DNA of 32,000 bases from Escherichia coli (GTDB taxonomy: Bacteria > Pseudomonadota > Gammaproteobacteria > Enterobacterales > Enterobacteriaceae), in NCBI RefSeq assembly GCF_037565025.1, contig NZ_CP148423.1, one strand, 5' to 3'. The translations under genes were made by a program, and so were the position numbers. Numbering within the stretch: position 1 is the first letter of the stretch; each line of letters starts with the position of its first letter. A model generated the notes under the pieces. That model did no database searches. It worked only from the letters and a program-made list of their open reading frames with translations, and was not told the DNA's origin. This document shows positions 16,197-31,892 of this stretch, one piece after another.

Positions 16197-16329
16197 AATA
16201 ACGCTGAACAGTAATGATTTGTGAGTCACAGGCGCGAATCAGTTTTATTCCAATGTCAAAACCTGAAGAAAATAAAATCATTGCAGGCGCAGCGAATAAA
16301 ACAAAGTTCAGAAAATCAGCGTCAGACAT
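16189..16329 (-). CDS. Small hydrophobic virion protein (gene VII/IX position)
   Basis: 46 aa, MSDADFLNFVLFAAPAMILFSSGF…. The ATG lies 4 nt after the ssb-like stop. Confidence 0.5.
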   Translation of the reverse strand: MSDADFLNFVLFAAPAMILFSSGFDIGIKLIRACDSQIITVQRYYD

Positions 16330-16333
16330 ATCA

Positions 16334-16759
16334 TCAGCCTTTTTCTTTACCTGCGGGCAGTGCACCCAGTGGCTGACCGTCAAAACGTTTCATGGAGCCG
16401 GAAATAAAACGATACCAGACGCCATGACGTTCAGAGCCTGTCGACCATGAATTCACATCCACCGTGAGATAAACCGGTTTACCTTTCAGGTCAGGACATG
16501 AATTAAAAAATTTAAAATCCTCCTCAGTACAGGAAAAGCGCTCATGCTCCTCACGGCGGACTTTTAATTTACGGTCCTCATAGGGATAGCCAATAACAAT
16601 GGCATATTTGGGTTTGGCCTCAGGGTTATAATGAGAACCTGTGGGTTTTAACTCCTCATCATTTATAACAGTGACGTGAGTAAAATATCCCGCCATTGTC
16701 ATACCTGTCGCGAAACCTTCAGGTACAGGAAACGGAAAACTGTCGTAAAAATCACTCAT
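16334..16759 (-). CDS. Putative ssDNA-binding protein (gene V / RstB position)
   Basis: 141 aa, immediately downstream of rep. The assignment is by synteny only. Confidence 0.45.
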   Translation of the reverse strand: MSDFYDSFPFPVPEGFATGMTMAGYFTHVTVINDEELKPTGSHYNPEAKPKYAIVIGYPYEDRKLKVRREEHERFSCTEEDFKFFNSCPDLKGKPVYLTVDVNSWSTGSERHGVWYRFISGSMKRFDGQPLGALPAGKEKG

Positions 16760-16789
16760 AAATCAGACTCCTCAATGTTAAAAATTCAG

Positions 16790-18832
<2,043 letters not shown>

Positions 18833-18946
18833 TTACCGCATGCGCGCATCATATTCTCATTTAAGGCATCATGTAAATACGCATGCGGCATACAGGCGTA
18901 AAAAAAATGGAATAATCAAATCCTGTTAAAAGGAAATAGGCAGAAA

Positions 18947-19162
18947 ATGATGAAAAAAGAAACAAAACGTGGAGACACAACCGTAAGAATCAACGAAGAC
19001 AGAAAACTGGAGCTAAAGCGAAGAGTGCTGGAAATCGGCAATAAGACCGGTGAGCTACTAAAACCATCAGAAATAGTTAATCACTTAATAGATAATTACT
19101 TAGATGAGGCCGTGAAAGATTTAATAAGCAGAGAAGAGCTTAAGAAAAAAAGAGCAATGTGA
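18947..19162 (+). CDS. Small ribbon-helix-helix-like regulator, divergent from rep (RstR-like position)
   Basis: 71 aa. The pattern is a beta-strand (TTVRINEDRK) followed by two helices (LELKRRVLEIG…PSEIVNHLIDNYL). It is transcribed opposite to all structural genes. Confidence 0.5.
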   Translation: MMKKETKRGDTTVRINEDRKLELKRRVLEIGNKTGELLKPSEIVNHLIDNYLDEAVKDLISREELKKKRAM

Positions 19163-19218
19163 TTCCTTTCCCGGCATCGAACAGGCGGGCTGACAAAGAT
19201 CAAACAGAGGTGGTAAAA

Positions 19219-19407
19219 ATGCCAACAAAGCACATAAATGATGTTTTATGGAGAAAGGTAGAGAAAGAAACTGTAAAAGTGGTAACAACGCTGGCAATAC
19301 CAGTAAAAGACACCAAAGTTTTAGAATGGATAATCGCAAAAGGACTGGAGTCTATAACAGAAGATGACTACAGGAAATTTGCAAAGACGGATGCAACAAA
19401 AAAATAA
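19219..19407 (+). CDS. Second small regulator-like protein (possible RHH)
   Basis: 62 aa starting at an internal Met preceded by GAGGTGG. Sequence: KHINDVLWRKVEKETVKV…VLEWIIAKGLE. Confidence 0.4.
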   Translation: MPTKHINDVLWRKVEKETVKVVTTLAIPVKDTKVLEWIIAKGLESITEDDYRKFAKTDATKK

Positions 19408-19449
19408 CATCATAGTTACCTATCGATACGAAGATTGCTAAGAAGCAAT

Positions 19450-19605
19450 ATGCAGACAACCAGTGACTTAATCCTTGACCTGCTGATAAAGCATTTTGTT
19501 GTGGGTAGCATCACAGGCATGACAATATTCAGCCTGATAACGCTTGTCCTACCGTTGGTGATGACCATACACAACAAACTAAGTAAGGACACTGAAATCT
19601 TTTAA
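19450..19605 (+). CDS. 51-aa single-pass membrane protein (below the ORF-track cutoff)
   Basis: ATG 19450 to TAA 19603-19605. Sequence: MQTTSDLILDLLIKHFVVGSITGMTIFSLITLVLPLVMTIHNKLSKDTEIF. A terminator follows. Confidence 0.4.
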   Translation: MQTTSDLILDLLIKHFVVGSITGMTIFSLITLVLPLVMTIHNKLSKDTEIF

Positions 19606-19610
19606 GATTC

Positions 19611-19704
19611 AGTGCGCACAATGACGTTATGTATAAAAAGGCCGCTGCGGTGGAGAGTATCGCAGCGGCCTTTTCAACATAACGCATGTCACATTATGCG
19701 CACT
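19611..19704. other. Phage attP region: two inverted dif-like sites flanking a 14-bp GC-rich hairpin (also a bidirectional terminator)
   Basis: Site A is aGTGCGCACAA-TGACG-TTATGTATAAA (19611-19637). The stem is AAAAGGCCGCTGCG/CGCAGCGGCCTTTT. Site B (reverse complement of 19672-19704) is aGTGCGCATAA-TGTGACATGCG-TTATGTTGAAA. Confidence 0.7.
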
Positions 19705-19781
19705 GCAATAAAATGCGGTAAAAACAGACTGAAAGCGACACCGACCGTGTCCTGATCTGATAATCCCACCTCAGACGGCAC

Positions 19782-21035
<1,254 letters not shown>

Positions 21036-21051
21036 TTATGTCTGTTCCGTT

Positions 21052-21122
21052 CTCTTCCGCTTCCTCGTTTATTCGCTCACTACGTTCGGTCATAAACCTG
21101 CGGCGAGCGGTATTTGCTCTCT
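21052..21122 (-). promoter_or_regulatory. ColE1 pas(ssi)-like segment, copy 2
   Basis: Identical to 12720..12790. Confidence 0.55.
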
Positions 21123-21123
21123 C

Positions 21124-22335
<1,212 letters not shown>

Positions 22336-22344
22336 TAACCAACC

Positions 22345-22690
22345 TTATTTAACGAGTGTGACAATATAACGATAAATCTTGTCTTTCATATTAAAAAGAA
22401 AAGACGTAAGCTCAGCCATTAATACAATGTTTGCGCACGATGAAATGTTGCCAGGCAAATAACTGAAACCAGCGGCAATAAACTTATTAGACAAGGCAGA
22501 AAACGACACGCTATTAATGATTTCATTTGCAGTAGCAATAAAGGCAGAGCATAACGCAATTGAAAATATAAGATAAGCAGCACTCCCTGAACAGGAAGAC
22601 AAAAAGGGAAAAAAGTTTCTTAAGAAAAGGAAGAAACCTGCGCATTAAAACAAGAATAAATGAGAAAACAAACTGAACAAGAACAGTCAT
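22345..22690 (-). pseudogene. Gene VI homolog split over two frames, copy 2
   Basis: It has the same T6/T5 configuration as copy 1. Confidence 0.65.
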
Positions 22691-22692
22691 GA

Positions 22693-24030
22693 TTACAACT
22701 CCGAATTACGAAGCAAAGAGCGACGAAAAACAGAATAAACTCTCAACATGGTAAACAAATAAAGAGCATACTCAAAAATTGGTCTGATATCATAATCATA
22801 CAATGATGAAAAATCAGTTGTATCAATTGAAAAAGGCACTTCCCCAATCACCGGAAGAGAAAACGAAAAGTTAACCTCAAGTGGTTGGGCGGAAACAGAT
22901 GAACCTTGTCCAGAAGAAAAAAATAACTTATCAAAATCAATAAACAACCACTCCTTAGGCAACTTATCAATAAATACAGATGTCAGGGAATTGTAATCAT
23001 CCGTTGAATCTTCATTATCCCCCTTGAGAAGATTGGTCAGCTGGTTATCAAAAGTATTCAATGAGTTATTTAAATCATCCTGAGAAAGAGAAAAAAAACT
23101 ATTCAGGTCATTCACTGAAGACCAAATCTTCTGTAACCAGCCAAGAATATCACCATGCCAGCCATCATTATCACCGGAATTGCTGCCGCCGGATGAGCCA
23201 CCGGAAGAACCACCGCCGGATGAGCCACCGGAGGAACCGCCGCCAGATGAGCCACCGGAAGAACCGCCGCCGGATGAGCCACCGGAGGAACCGCCGCCAG
23301 ATGAGCCACCGGAGGAACCGCCGCCAGATGAGCCACCGGAAGAACCGCCGCCGGATGAGCCACCGGAAGAACCGCCGCCGGATGAGCCACCGGAGGAACC
23401 GCCGCCAGATGAGCCACCGGAGGAACCACCACCGGAAGAACCGCCGCCAGTATTACCGTTATCGCCTTTATCTTCTGTATCTTCTTTATCAGAATAAGAC
23501 GGATTAACAGTTACAGGTTTCCATGTTGCGGAACAGTGGGTTGAATCATCAGAACAAGAAATAACGTCACCAGTTGCCTCATAAATGCATCCATGAATGG
23601 TGACATATTTATTTCCTTTATCATCCATATAAACATCTGACAAATTAGCATTAATCTCAGGACGGGATAAACAAACCTCTTCCGTGGGTTTAGCTGAAAA
23701 CGAAGCACCTAAAAAACTTCCGTAATAACTGTCTTTACACTGAGAGTATACCTTAACACCATCTTCATAATGATACGCTTTATAAGTGCTCCAGTTACCT
23801 GTCACAAGAGAAGCTGACATTCCAGGTATTTGAGTACTACTACTATAAGAGGTGGAACAATAAAATGTATCACCAGAGCAGGTTTCATATCCGTATGTAC
23901 AGTCAACCCCACCCGGAGAAGCGACTGCAAAATAAGTACCCGATGTACTGCCAAGATGTTCTGTCGTTGAAGCTGCATATGCAGAATAAAATGAAAAAAC
24001 AGCAACAAGAAAAATAAATATGTATGCCAA
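22693..24030 (-). CDS. Adsorption protein (gene III-like), copy 2, with D>N at two residues
   Basis: VTVNPSY replaces VTVDPSY, and QLTNLL replaces QLTDLL. It is otherwise identical, including the repeat number. Confidence 0.8.
   Translation of the reverse strand: MAYIFIFLVAVFSFYSAYAASTTEHLGSTSGTYFAVASPGGVDCTYGYETCSGDTFYCSTSYSSSTQIPGMSASLVTGNWSTYKAYHYEDGVKVYSQCKDSYYGSFLGASFSAKPTEEVCLSRPEINANLSDVYMDDKGNKYVTIHGCIYEATGDVISCSDDSTHCSATWKPVTVNPSYSDKEDTEDKGDNGNTGGGSSGGGSSGGSSGGGSSGGSSGGGSSGGSSGGGSSGGSSGGGSSGGSSGGGSSGGSSGGGSSGGSSGGGSSGGSSGGGSSGGSSGGSNSGDNDGWHGDILGWLQKIWSSVNDLNSFFSLSQDDLNNSLNTFDNQLTNLLKGDNEDSTDDYNSLTSVFIDKLPKEWLFIDFDKLFFSSGQGSSVSAQPLEVNFSFSLPVIGEVPFSIDTTDFSSLYDYDIRPIFEYALYLFTMLRVYSVFRRSLLRNSEL
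23185..23448 (-). repeat. 27-bp Gly/Ser linker repeats, copy 2
   Basis: Identical to copy 1. Confidence 0.9.
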
Positions 24031-24050
24031 AACTCACCCCCTGAACAAGC

Positions 24051-24073
24051 AAAAAAAGCGCCCCGAAGGGCGC
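24051..24073 (-). terminator. Terminator after the major coat gene, copy 2
   Basis: Identical to copy 1. Confidence 0.8.
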
Positions 24074-24089
24074 TGTCATCAAATCATTA

Positions 24090-24350
<261 letters not shown>

Positions 24351-24357
24351 TTAAAGT

Positions 24358-24528
24358 TTAATTGACAACATCGCTGAACATCCGGCAAACCAGCGTAAAT
24401 ATAACGCCAAGGCCAAAACCAAGAAGCCAGCAGACAATCCAGACATACAGAACGGCCCAGTAAAGCTCCCCGTCCTGTACACCAGAATTTATTGCGGATA
24501 AAACACCGCTGAAATCGAATTCAGTCAT
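24358..24528 (-). CDS. Small hydrophobic virion protein, copy 2
   Basis: Identical to copy 1. Confidence 0.55.
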   Translation of the reverse strand: MTEFDFSGVLSAINSGVQDGELYWAVLYVWIVCWLLGFGLGVIFTLVCRMFSDVVN

Positions 24529-24661
24529 AATAACGCTGAACAGTAATGATTTGTGAGTCACAGGCGCGAATCAGTTTTATTCCAATGTCAAAACCTGAAG
24601 AAAATAAAATCATTGCAGGCGCAGCGAATAAAACAAAGTTCAGAAAATCAGCGTCAGACAT
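24521..24661 (-). CDS. Small hydrophobic virion protein, copy 2
   Basis: Identical to copy 1. Confidence 0.5.
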   Translation of the reverse strand: MSDADFLNFVLFAAPAMILFSSGFDIGIKLIRACDSQIITVQRYYD

Positions 24662-24665
24662 ATCA

Positions 24666-25091
24666 TCAGCCTTTTTCTTTACCTGCGGGCAGTGCACCCA
24701 GTGGCTGACCGTCAAAACGTTTCATGGAGCCGGAAATAAAACGATACCAGACGCCATGACGTTCAGAGCCTGTCGACCATGAATTCACATCCACCGTGAG
24801 ATAAACCGGTTTACCTTTCAGGTCAGGACATGAATTAAAAAATTTAAAATCCTCCTCAGTACAGGAAAAGCGCTCATGCTCCTCACGGCGGACTTTTAAT
24901 TTACGGTCCTCATAGGGATAGCCAATAACAATGGCATATTTGGGTTTGGCCTCAGGGTTATAATGAGAACCTGTGGGTTTTAACTCCTCATCATTTATAA
25001 CAGTGACGTGAGTAAAATATCCCGCCATTGTCATACCTGTCGCGAAACCTTCAGGTACAGGAAACGGAAAACTGTCGTAAAAATCACTCAT
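24666..25091 (-). CDS. Putative ssDNA-binding protein, copy 2
   Basis: Identical to copy 1. Confidence 0.45.
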   Translation of the reverse strand: MSDFYDSFPFPVPEGFATGMTMAGYFTHVTVINDEELKPTGSHYNPEAKPKYAIVIGYPYEDRKLKVRREEHERFSCTEEDFKFFNSCPDLKGKPVYLTVDVNSWSTGSERHGVWYRFISGSMKRFDGQPLGALPAGKEKG

Positions 25092-25121
25092 AAATCAGAC
25101 TCCTCAATGTTAAAAATTCAG

Positions 25122-27164
<2,043 letters not shown>

Positions 27165-27278
27165 TTACCGCATGCGCGCATCATATTCTCATTTAAGGCA
27201 TCATGTAAATACGCATGCGGCATACAGGCGTAAAAAAAATGGAATAATCAAATCCTGTTAAAAGGAAATAGGCAGAAA

Positions 27279-27494
27279 ATGATGAAAAAAGAAACAAAAC
27301 GTGGAGACACAACCGTAAGAATCAACGAAGACAGAAAACTGGAGCTAAAGCGAAGAGTGCTGGAAATCGGCAATAAGACCGGTGAGCTACTAAAACCATC
27401 AGAAATAGTTAATCACTTAATAGATAATTACTTAGATGAGGCCGTGAAAGATTTAATAAGCAGAGAAGAGCTTAAGAAAAAAAGAGCAATGTGA
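27279..27494 (+). CDS. RHH-like regulator, copy 2
   Basis: Identical to copy 1. Confidence 0.5.
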   Translation: MMKKETKRGDTTVRINEDRKLELKRRVLEIGNKTGELLKPSEIVNHLIDNYLDEAVKDLISREELKKKRAM

Positions 27495-27550
27495 TTCCTT
27501 TCCCGGCATCGAACAGGCGGGCTGACAAAGATCAAACAGAGGTGGTAAAA

Positions 27551-27739
27551 ATGCCAACAAAGCACATAAATGATGTTTTATGGAGAAAGGTAGAGAAAGA
27601 AACTGTAAAAGTGGTAACAACGCTGGCAATACCAGTAAAAGACACCAAAGTTTTAGAATGGATAATCGCAAAAGGACTGGAGTCTATAACAGAAGATGAC
27701 TACAGGAAATTTGCAAAGACGGATGCAACAAAAAAATAA
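27551..27739 (+). CDS. Second small regulator-like protein, copy 2
   Basis: Identical to copy 1. Confidence 0.4.
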   Translation: MPTKHINDVLWRKVEKETVKVVTTLAIPVKDTKVLEWIIAKGLESITEDDYRKFAKTDATKK

Positions 27740-27781
27740 CATCATAGTTACCTATCGATACGAAGATTGCTAAGAAGCAAT

Positions 27782-27937
27782 ATGCAGACAACCAGTGACT
27801 TAATCCTTGACCTGCTGATAAAGCATTTTGTTGTGGGTAGCATCACAGGCATGACAATATTCAGCCTGATAACGCTTGTCCTACCGTTGGTGATGACCAT
27901 ACACAACAAACTAAGTAAGGACACTGAAATCTTTTAA
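27782..27937 (+). CDS. 51-aa membrane protein, copy 2
   Basis: Identical to copy 1. Confidence 0.4.
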   Translation: MQTTSDLILDLLIKHFVVGSITGMTIFSLITLVLPLVMTIHNKLSKDTEIF

Positions 27938-27942
27938 GATTC

Positions 27943-28036
27943 AGTGCGCACAATGACGTTATGTATAAAAAGGCCGCTGCGGTGGAGAGTATCGCAGCGG
28001 CCTTTTCAACATAACGCATGTTACATTATGCGCACC
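27943..28036. other. Right attachment junction: phage inverted dif-like pair, with site B fused to the chromosomal XerC arm
   Basis: …CAACATAACGCATGTTACA|TTATGCGCACC. The final C (28036) is dif-type rather than the phage T. The central-region base 28022 is T, as in dif, versus C at the internal junction. Confidence 0.75.
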
Positions 28037-28112
28037 AGTATAAACCAAGGAAGAATCCAGTCGTTGGCGGTCATGATTGTCGTGCTCATTAACAACGACC
28101 AAACCCCATATC

Positions 28113-29435
28113 TCACTTACTACCGTATTCTCGGCTTAACCGTCCATGCAACCTCAACACATTGGTTTCAACTGCCGTCACCACGTTCTCCGGAAAATCT
28201 GTCGGTAATGAAGTCTTCACGTTATCCAGTGCTGCCGGAATCATTCTGGCAAAGTCACTTAGGATTTCATGCATCTGCACTTCCGGGAATCTCAGCACCT
28301 TTGCTGTCGCCAAAAAATGTCGCGGATAAATTTTATCGATTGCCGTTTTTTTGCCTTTGGATGCGTTAAGCCCCATTGCCAGTTTGAGATCGCTGATGTG
28401 TATTCCCGTACCGCCAAGGACCGGAAATGCTGAAATGATGTCGTAAAATGGCGTGAGTCGATAACTGCCGCCAGCCTGAATAAATACGGAGAAGTTTTTT
28501 GCATGGCCATCCGTTGCGCCAATCAACCACTGGAAGACCTGGAATTTCATAAAATCATAACGATCGCGAAGCGCCTCGCTGGACCCCATCAAAAACGCCA
28601 TGATCCGCGCGATGCCTGGGCCTCCATCTGATTCATATTTCACAGATGAAGGTAAACCGAATGTCTGACACATATCCTCCTGTGGCAAGCGAAGTAAAAC
28701 CGTTCGCTCAGTATTCCAACGCCTGTCAAAACGTTCGACCGCTAACGCGCGCACCCTTCCCGCTTTAATGATTTCTGCGTCCGGAACATTCAACCCAACT
28801 TCTTTCGCCAGCAGCAGACAGTAATACTCATTATCAACGCTTTGGCTGAGATCGAGCGTCGCATTGGGCTGCCTGATTTCGCCAATCGGTAATTTAATGA
28901 TGTGCGTCGTCGGCGTTATTCCTTTCGGAATGCACCAGTCATTGCCTATTCTAAGCAGCGCTGTCTTCTCCTGCGCGCCAGCAACCGAGATGCGAAAGTC
29001 ATTTTCTTCTCTAATCATGCCCAGAGGGATATCTGCTTTATAAGCCGTTAATACTTCTTCAAGCCTGGCTTCAGTAAGCTTTTCCCATGCCATTATCGGG
29101 CGTGTTATGGTTTCATTTTCGGGTAATAACGTTACGGCACCAACGCTGTCTCGCCCTATTTCTGACAATAAATCAAACGGTTGTCTGGATTTAGCATGAT
29201 AACGTTTAACGATCCGGTCACGTACAATCGGGCTATCGGGTAACAGGTTATCGAAGAAGTTAAATACGGCATCTGAGGTGATATTCCCCCTCTGCAATGG
29301 CAGCGAAAGTGACAACGGTCTGGCATAACGGCTGGCTAACCACTCCGGTGCATACTTAAAGGTGTGCGCGCCGTTGGCTAACTTCGTTAACTCGCCTACC
29401 CGCTGGTTGTTCATCCAAGTGACAAGTTTAGGCAT
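28113..29435 (-). CDS. hipA: HipA serine/threonine kinase toxin
   Basis: 440 aa from MPKLVTWMNNQRVGELTKLANGAHTFKYAPEWL… to …RLHGRLSREYGSK, near-identical to K-12 HipA. The track ORF is extended by 19 codons at the 5' end. Confidence 0.96.
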   Translation of the reverse strand: MPKLVTWMNNQRVGELTKLANGAHTFKYAPEWLASRYARPLSLSLPLQRGNITSDAVFNFFDNLLPDSPIVRDRIVKRYHAKSRQPFDLLSEIGRDSVGAVTLLPENETITRPIMAWEKLTEARLEEVLTAYKADIPLGMIREENDFRISVAGAQEKTALLRIGNDWCIPKGITPTTHIIKLPIGEIRQPNATLDLSQSVDNEYYCLLLAKEVGLNVPDAEIIKAGRVRALAVERFDRRWNTERTVLLRLPQEDMCQTFGLPSSVKYESDGGPGIARIMAFLMGSSEALRDRYDFMKFQVFQWLIGATDGHAKNFSVFIQAGGSYRLTPFYDIISAFPVLGGTGIHISDLKLAMGLNASKGKKTAIDKIYPRHFLATAKVLRFPEVQMHEILSDFARMIPAALDNVKTSLPTDFPENVVTAVETNVLRLHGRLSREYGSK

Positions 29436-29701
29436 TACCACTCCAGATCTTGCTGTTCTGTTGATTCTGGCGAGGCATTTTTCGTGTCGCATAGTGTCAT
29501 TGAGAGTTCAAGCGACTGTAAAATCTTAAAAAATGTCGTGAGCGTGGTATTGTCAGGGTTGTTTTCGAAATTGGAAATTGTCGCCTGCTTAATGCCAATT
29601 TTTTTCGCCAGCTCGCTCTGCGTCCAGCCATTTTGCTGGCGAACCAGTTTCATTGCATTCGCTAATTGCGTTGGGCTATAGATCTTCTGAAAGCTCATCA
29701 T
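29435..29701 (-). CDS. hipB: HipB antitoxin / HTH repressor
   Basis: 88 aa, MMSFQKIYSPTQLANAMKLVRQQNGWTQSELAKKIGIKQATISNFENNPDN…. Its stop overlaps the hipA start by 1 nt (ATGA). Confidence 0.96.
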   Translation of the reverse strand: MMSFQKIYSPTQLANAMKLVRQQNGWTQSELAKKIGIKQATISNFENNPDNTTLTTFFKILQSLELSMTLCDTKNASPESTEQQDLEW

Positions 29702-29722
29702 GTCATACGTCCATAGCAAATT

Positions 29723-29836
29723 TATCCGCTTAAGGGGATATTATCAGTTTTATCCTTTAGTGAGGATAAAGTCAATCTGGAAACACATCTTATCCGCTGT
29801 ACGGGATAAACGCTGCGATATCCGCGATCGCGGATA
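29723..29836 (-). promoter_or_regulatory. hipBA promoter region with four HipB operators (TATCC-N8-GGATA)
   Basis: TATCCGCTTAAGGGGATA at 29723-29740, TATCCTTTAGTGAGGATA at 29751-29768, TATCCGCTGTACGGGATA at 29791-29808 and TATCCGCGATCGCGGATA at 29819-29836. Confidence 0.9.
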
Positions 29837-30009
29837 AAAGGGAGGCTTTAAAAAAGCACATCCTAATGCGGTGGCTTCTTTGACTACCGGAATCTGTAAT
29901 CTTTAATGACCGGGCCGCGTAAAAAACGTCTGTTCAATGGGTTGATGCCGTGAGGCGAATTCATCAGTTTTATCTACAATTGGGGTAACGCGCTGACGGG
30001 AGTAAATAA

Positions 30010-30768
30010 ATGTCTGACTGGAACCCCTCTTTATATCTGCACTTTGCCGCTGAACGATCGCGTCCGGCGGTGGAGCTGCTTGCCAGAGTACCGCTGGAGA
30101 ATATCGAATACGTTGCCGATCTTGGCTGTGGCCCAGGTAACAGCACCGCCCTTCTAAACCAACGTTGGCCTGCTGCCAGGATAACAGGCATCGACTCGTC
30201 TCCGGCGATGATTGCTGAAGCGCGCAGTGCTTTGCCAGACTGCCAGTTCGTGGAAGCAGACATCCGCAACTGGCAACCGGTACAGGCACTCGATCTGATT
30301 TTTGCTAATGCCTCACTGCAATGGCTGCCCGACCACTGCGAATTGTTTCCTCATCTGGTTTCTTTACTTAATCCGCAGGGCGTGCTGGCAGTACAGATGC
30401 CAGATAACTGGCTGGAGCCGACCCATGTGCTCATGCGCGAAGTTGCCTGGGAACAAAACTACCCGGATCGCGGGCGTGAGCCGTTGGCTGGCGTTCATGC
30501 TTACTACGATATTTTGAGCGAAGCCGGATGTGAGGTCGATATCTGGCGAACCACCTACTATCACCAGATGCCGTCACACCAGGCGATTATCGATTGGGTG
30601 ACCGCCACTGGATTACGTCCGTGGTTACAGGATCTGACCGAGAGCGAACAGCAGCTTTTTCTTAAGCGCTACCATCAGATGCTGGAAGAGCAGTATCCAC
30701 TGCAAGAGAACGGACAGATACTGCTGGCATTTCCGCGTCTTTTTATTGTTGCCCGCCGTACGGAGTAA
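30010..30768 (+). CDS. tam: Trans-aconitate 2-methyltransferase
   Basis: 252 aa, [28 protein letters not shown]…, with the SAM-binding motif [10 protein letters not shown]. It matches K-12 Tam. Confidence 0.95.
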   Translation: MSDWNPSLYLHFAAERSRPAVELLARVPLENIEYVADLGCGPGNSTALLNQRWPAARITGIDSSPAMIAEARSALPDCQFVEADIRNWQPVQALDLIFANASLQWLPDHCELFPHLVSLLNPQGVLAVQMPDNWLEPTHVLMREVAWEQNYPDRGREPLAGVHAYYDILSEAGCEVDIWRTTYYHQMPSHQAIIDWVTATGLRPWLQDLTESEQQLFLKRYHQMLEEQYPLQENGQILLAFPRLFIVARRTE

Positions 30769-30771
30769 ATA

Positions 30772-31686
30772 TCACGTCAGCTGGTAATGACGATCGGGAA
30801 GAATTTTTGCTGGAATTTCGGCTTCATCGTTCATCTGTAACAGGTCAATTTCAATAGCGTTGCAGATGGCATCCAGCGGTAAATCATTGTTTTCAGTACC
30901 GAACGGATCTTCCAGTTCTTCCGCCAGACAATCCAGCGAAATAAAAGTGTAGGAAATCAGCACAGAGATAAAAGGCGTCATGTAATGCAGGTCCACGACC
31001 AGCGCGAACGGCAGCATGATACAAAACAGATAAACGGTACGATGCAAAATCAGGGTGTAGGCAAAGGGAATTGGCGTATAGGCAATGCGCTCGCATCCTG
31101 CCAGGACCGCTGAAATATCATTAAGCCGATCGTTGAGGCTAATAAACAGGATATCTGAAAGCTGCCCATTGCGGCGCTGAACCGCCAACCACTCCCCCAT
31201 TATTAACAAGATACGGTTAGCTGGAGAGTTCGAAGCCAGTACAGGCTGAAGATCTTCAGTCTTGAGATAATGAGCCAGCACTTCCGCCTGTGGCTGTTTG
31301 CGTAATGTCATGCGTAAACAGTGGGCGAAGGCGATTTGCAACCGGGCAAACTCCCTTACACTTGCCGAATCCGGCAATGTCGTTTTTACCTCGCGCAGTA
31401 ACGACCGTGAGGCAATCATCAACTGCCCCCAAAGTTTTCGCGCTTCAACGTAACGGGCGTACCCGGCATTATTACGAAAACCAAGAAAAATGGCGATGGC
31501 GACACCGAGAATGCTGAACGGTGCGAGGGTGAATTTGATGCCCAGATGCGTGTACCAGGGCAGCATGAAAATAACAGCGATAGAAAAGAGAAAATTGAGT
31601 AGTAAGCGCGATGATATCTTGGATAATACTGAGCCGTGCCAGACAAAAATACGGCGCAGCCAGTGTTGTTGTGGACGAACAATCAT
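30772..31686 (-). CDS. yneE: Bestrophin-family inner membrane protein
   Basis: 304 aa from MIVRPQQHWLRRIFVWHGSVLSKI…, matching K-12 YneE. The track ORF is extended by 17 codons. Confidence 0.92.
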   Translation of the reverse strand: MIVRPQQHWLRRIFVWHGSVLSKISSRLLLNFLFSIAVIFMLPWYTHLGIKFTLAPFSILGVAIAIFLGFRNNAGYARYVEARKLWGQLMIASRSLLREVKTTLPDSASVREFARLQIAFAHCLRMTLRKQPQAEVLAHYLKTEDLQPVLASNSPANRILLIMGEWLAVQRRNGQLSDILFISLNDRLNDISAVLAGCERIAYTPIPFAYTLILHRTVYLFCIMLPFALVVDLHYMTPFISVLISYTFISLDCLAEELEDPFGTENNDLPLDAICNAIEIDLLQMNDEAEIPAKILPDRHYQLT

Positions 31687-31855
31687 GGTTATCTTCAGGC
31701 GTGAAAAAGTCGCCCTATTAAACGTGATTACGATCACATTCTCAAGACGCTATTTACAAATTACCTACAAGCTTACAACATTAACAGGCGCTGCATGTGG
31801 CATCTGTTAATGATAAAGGCACATAGGATGTTGTAACTAATATAGTGAAATAAGA

Positions 31856-31875
31856 AACCCGGTCGAAACCGGGTT
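31856..31875 (-). terminator. Rho-independent terminator downstream of uxaB
   Basis: The minus strand reads AACCCGG-TTTCGA-CCGGGTT followed by TCTTATTT, 18 nt after the uxaB stop. Confidence 0.7.
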
Positions 31876-31892
31876 CAGAAGTAACGGTGTTA

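Noticed and set aside
27944-28369. A 141-aa plus-strand ORF running from the phage attP across the hybrid dif site into hipA
   Set aside because: It crosses a recombination junction and is antisense to hipA, so it cannot be a conserved gene.
29903-30289. Minus-strand ORFs of 128 and 99 aa upstream of and within tam
   Set aside because: They are antisense to the well-recognised tam gene and have no independent support.
31290-31810. Plus-strand ORFs of 75 and 106 aa, and a minus out-of-frame ORF, within yneE
   Set aside because: They overlap the recognised yneE frame and are spurious.
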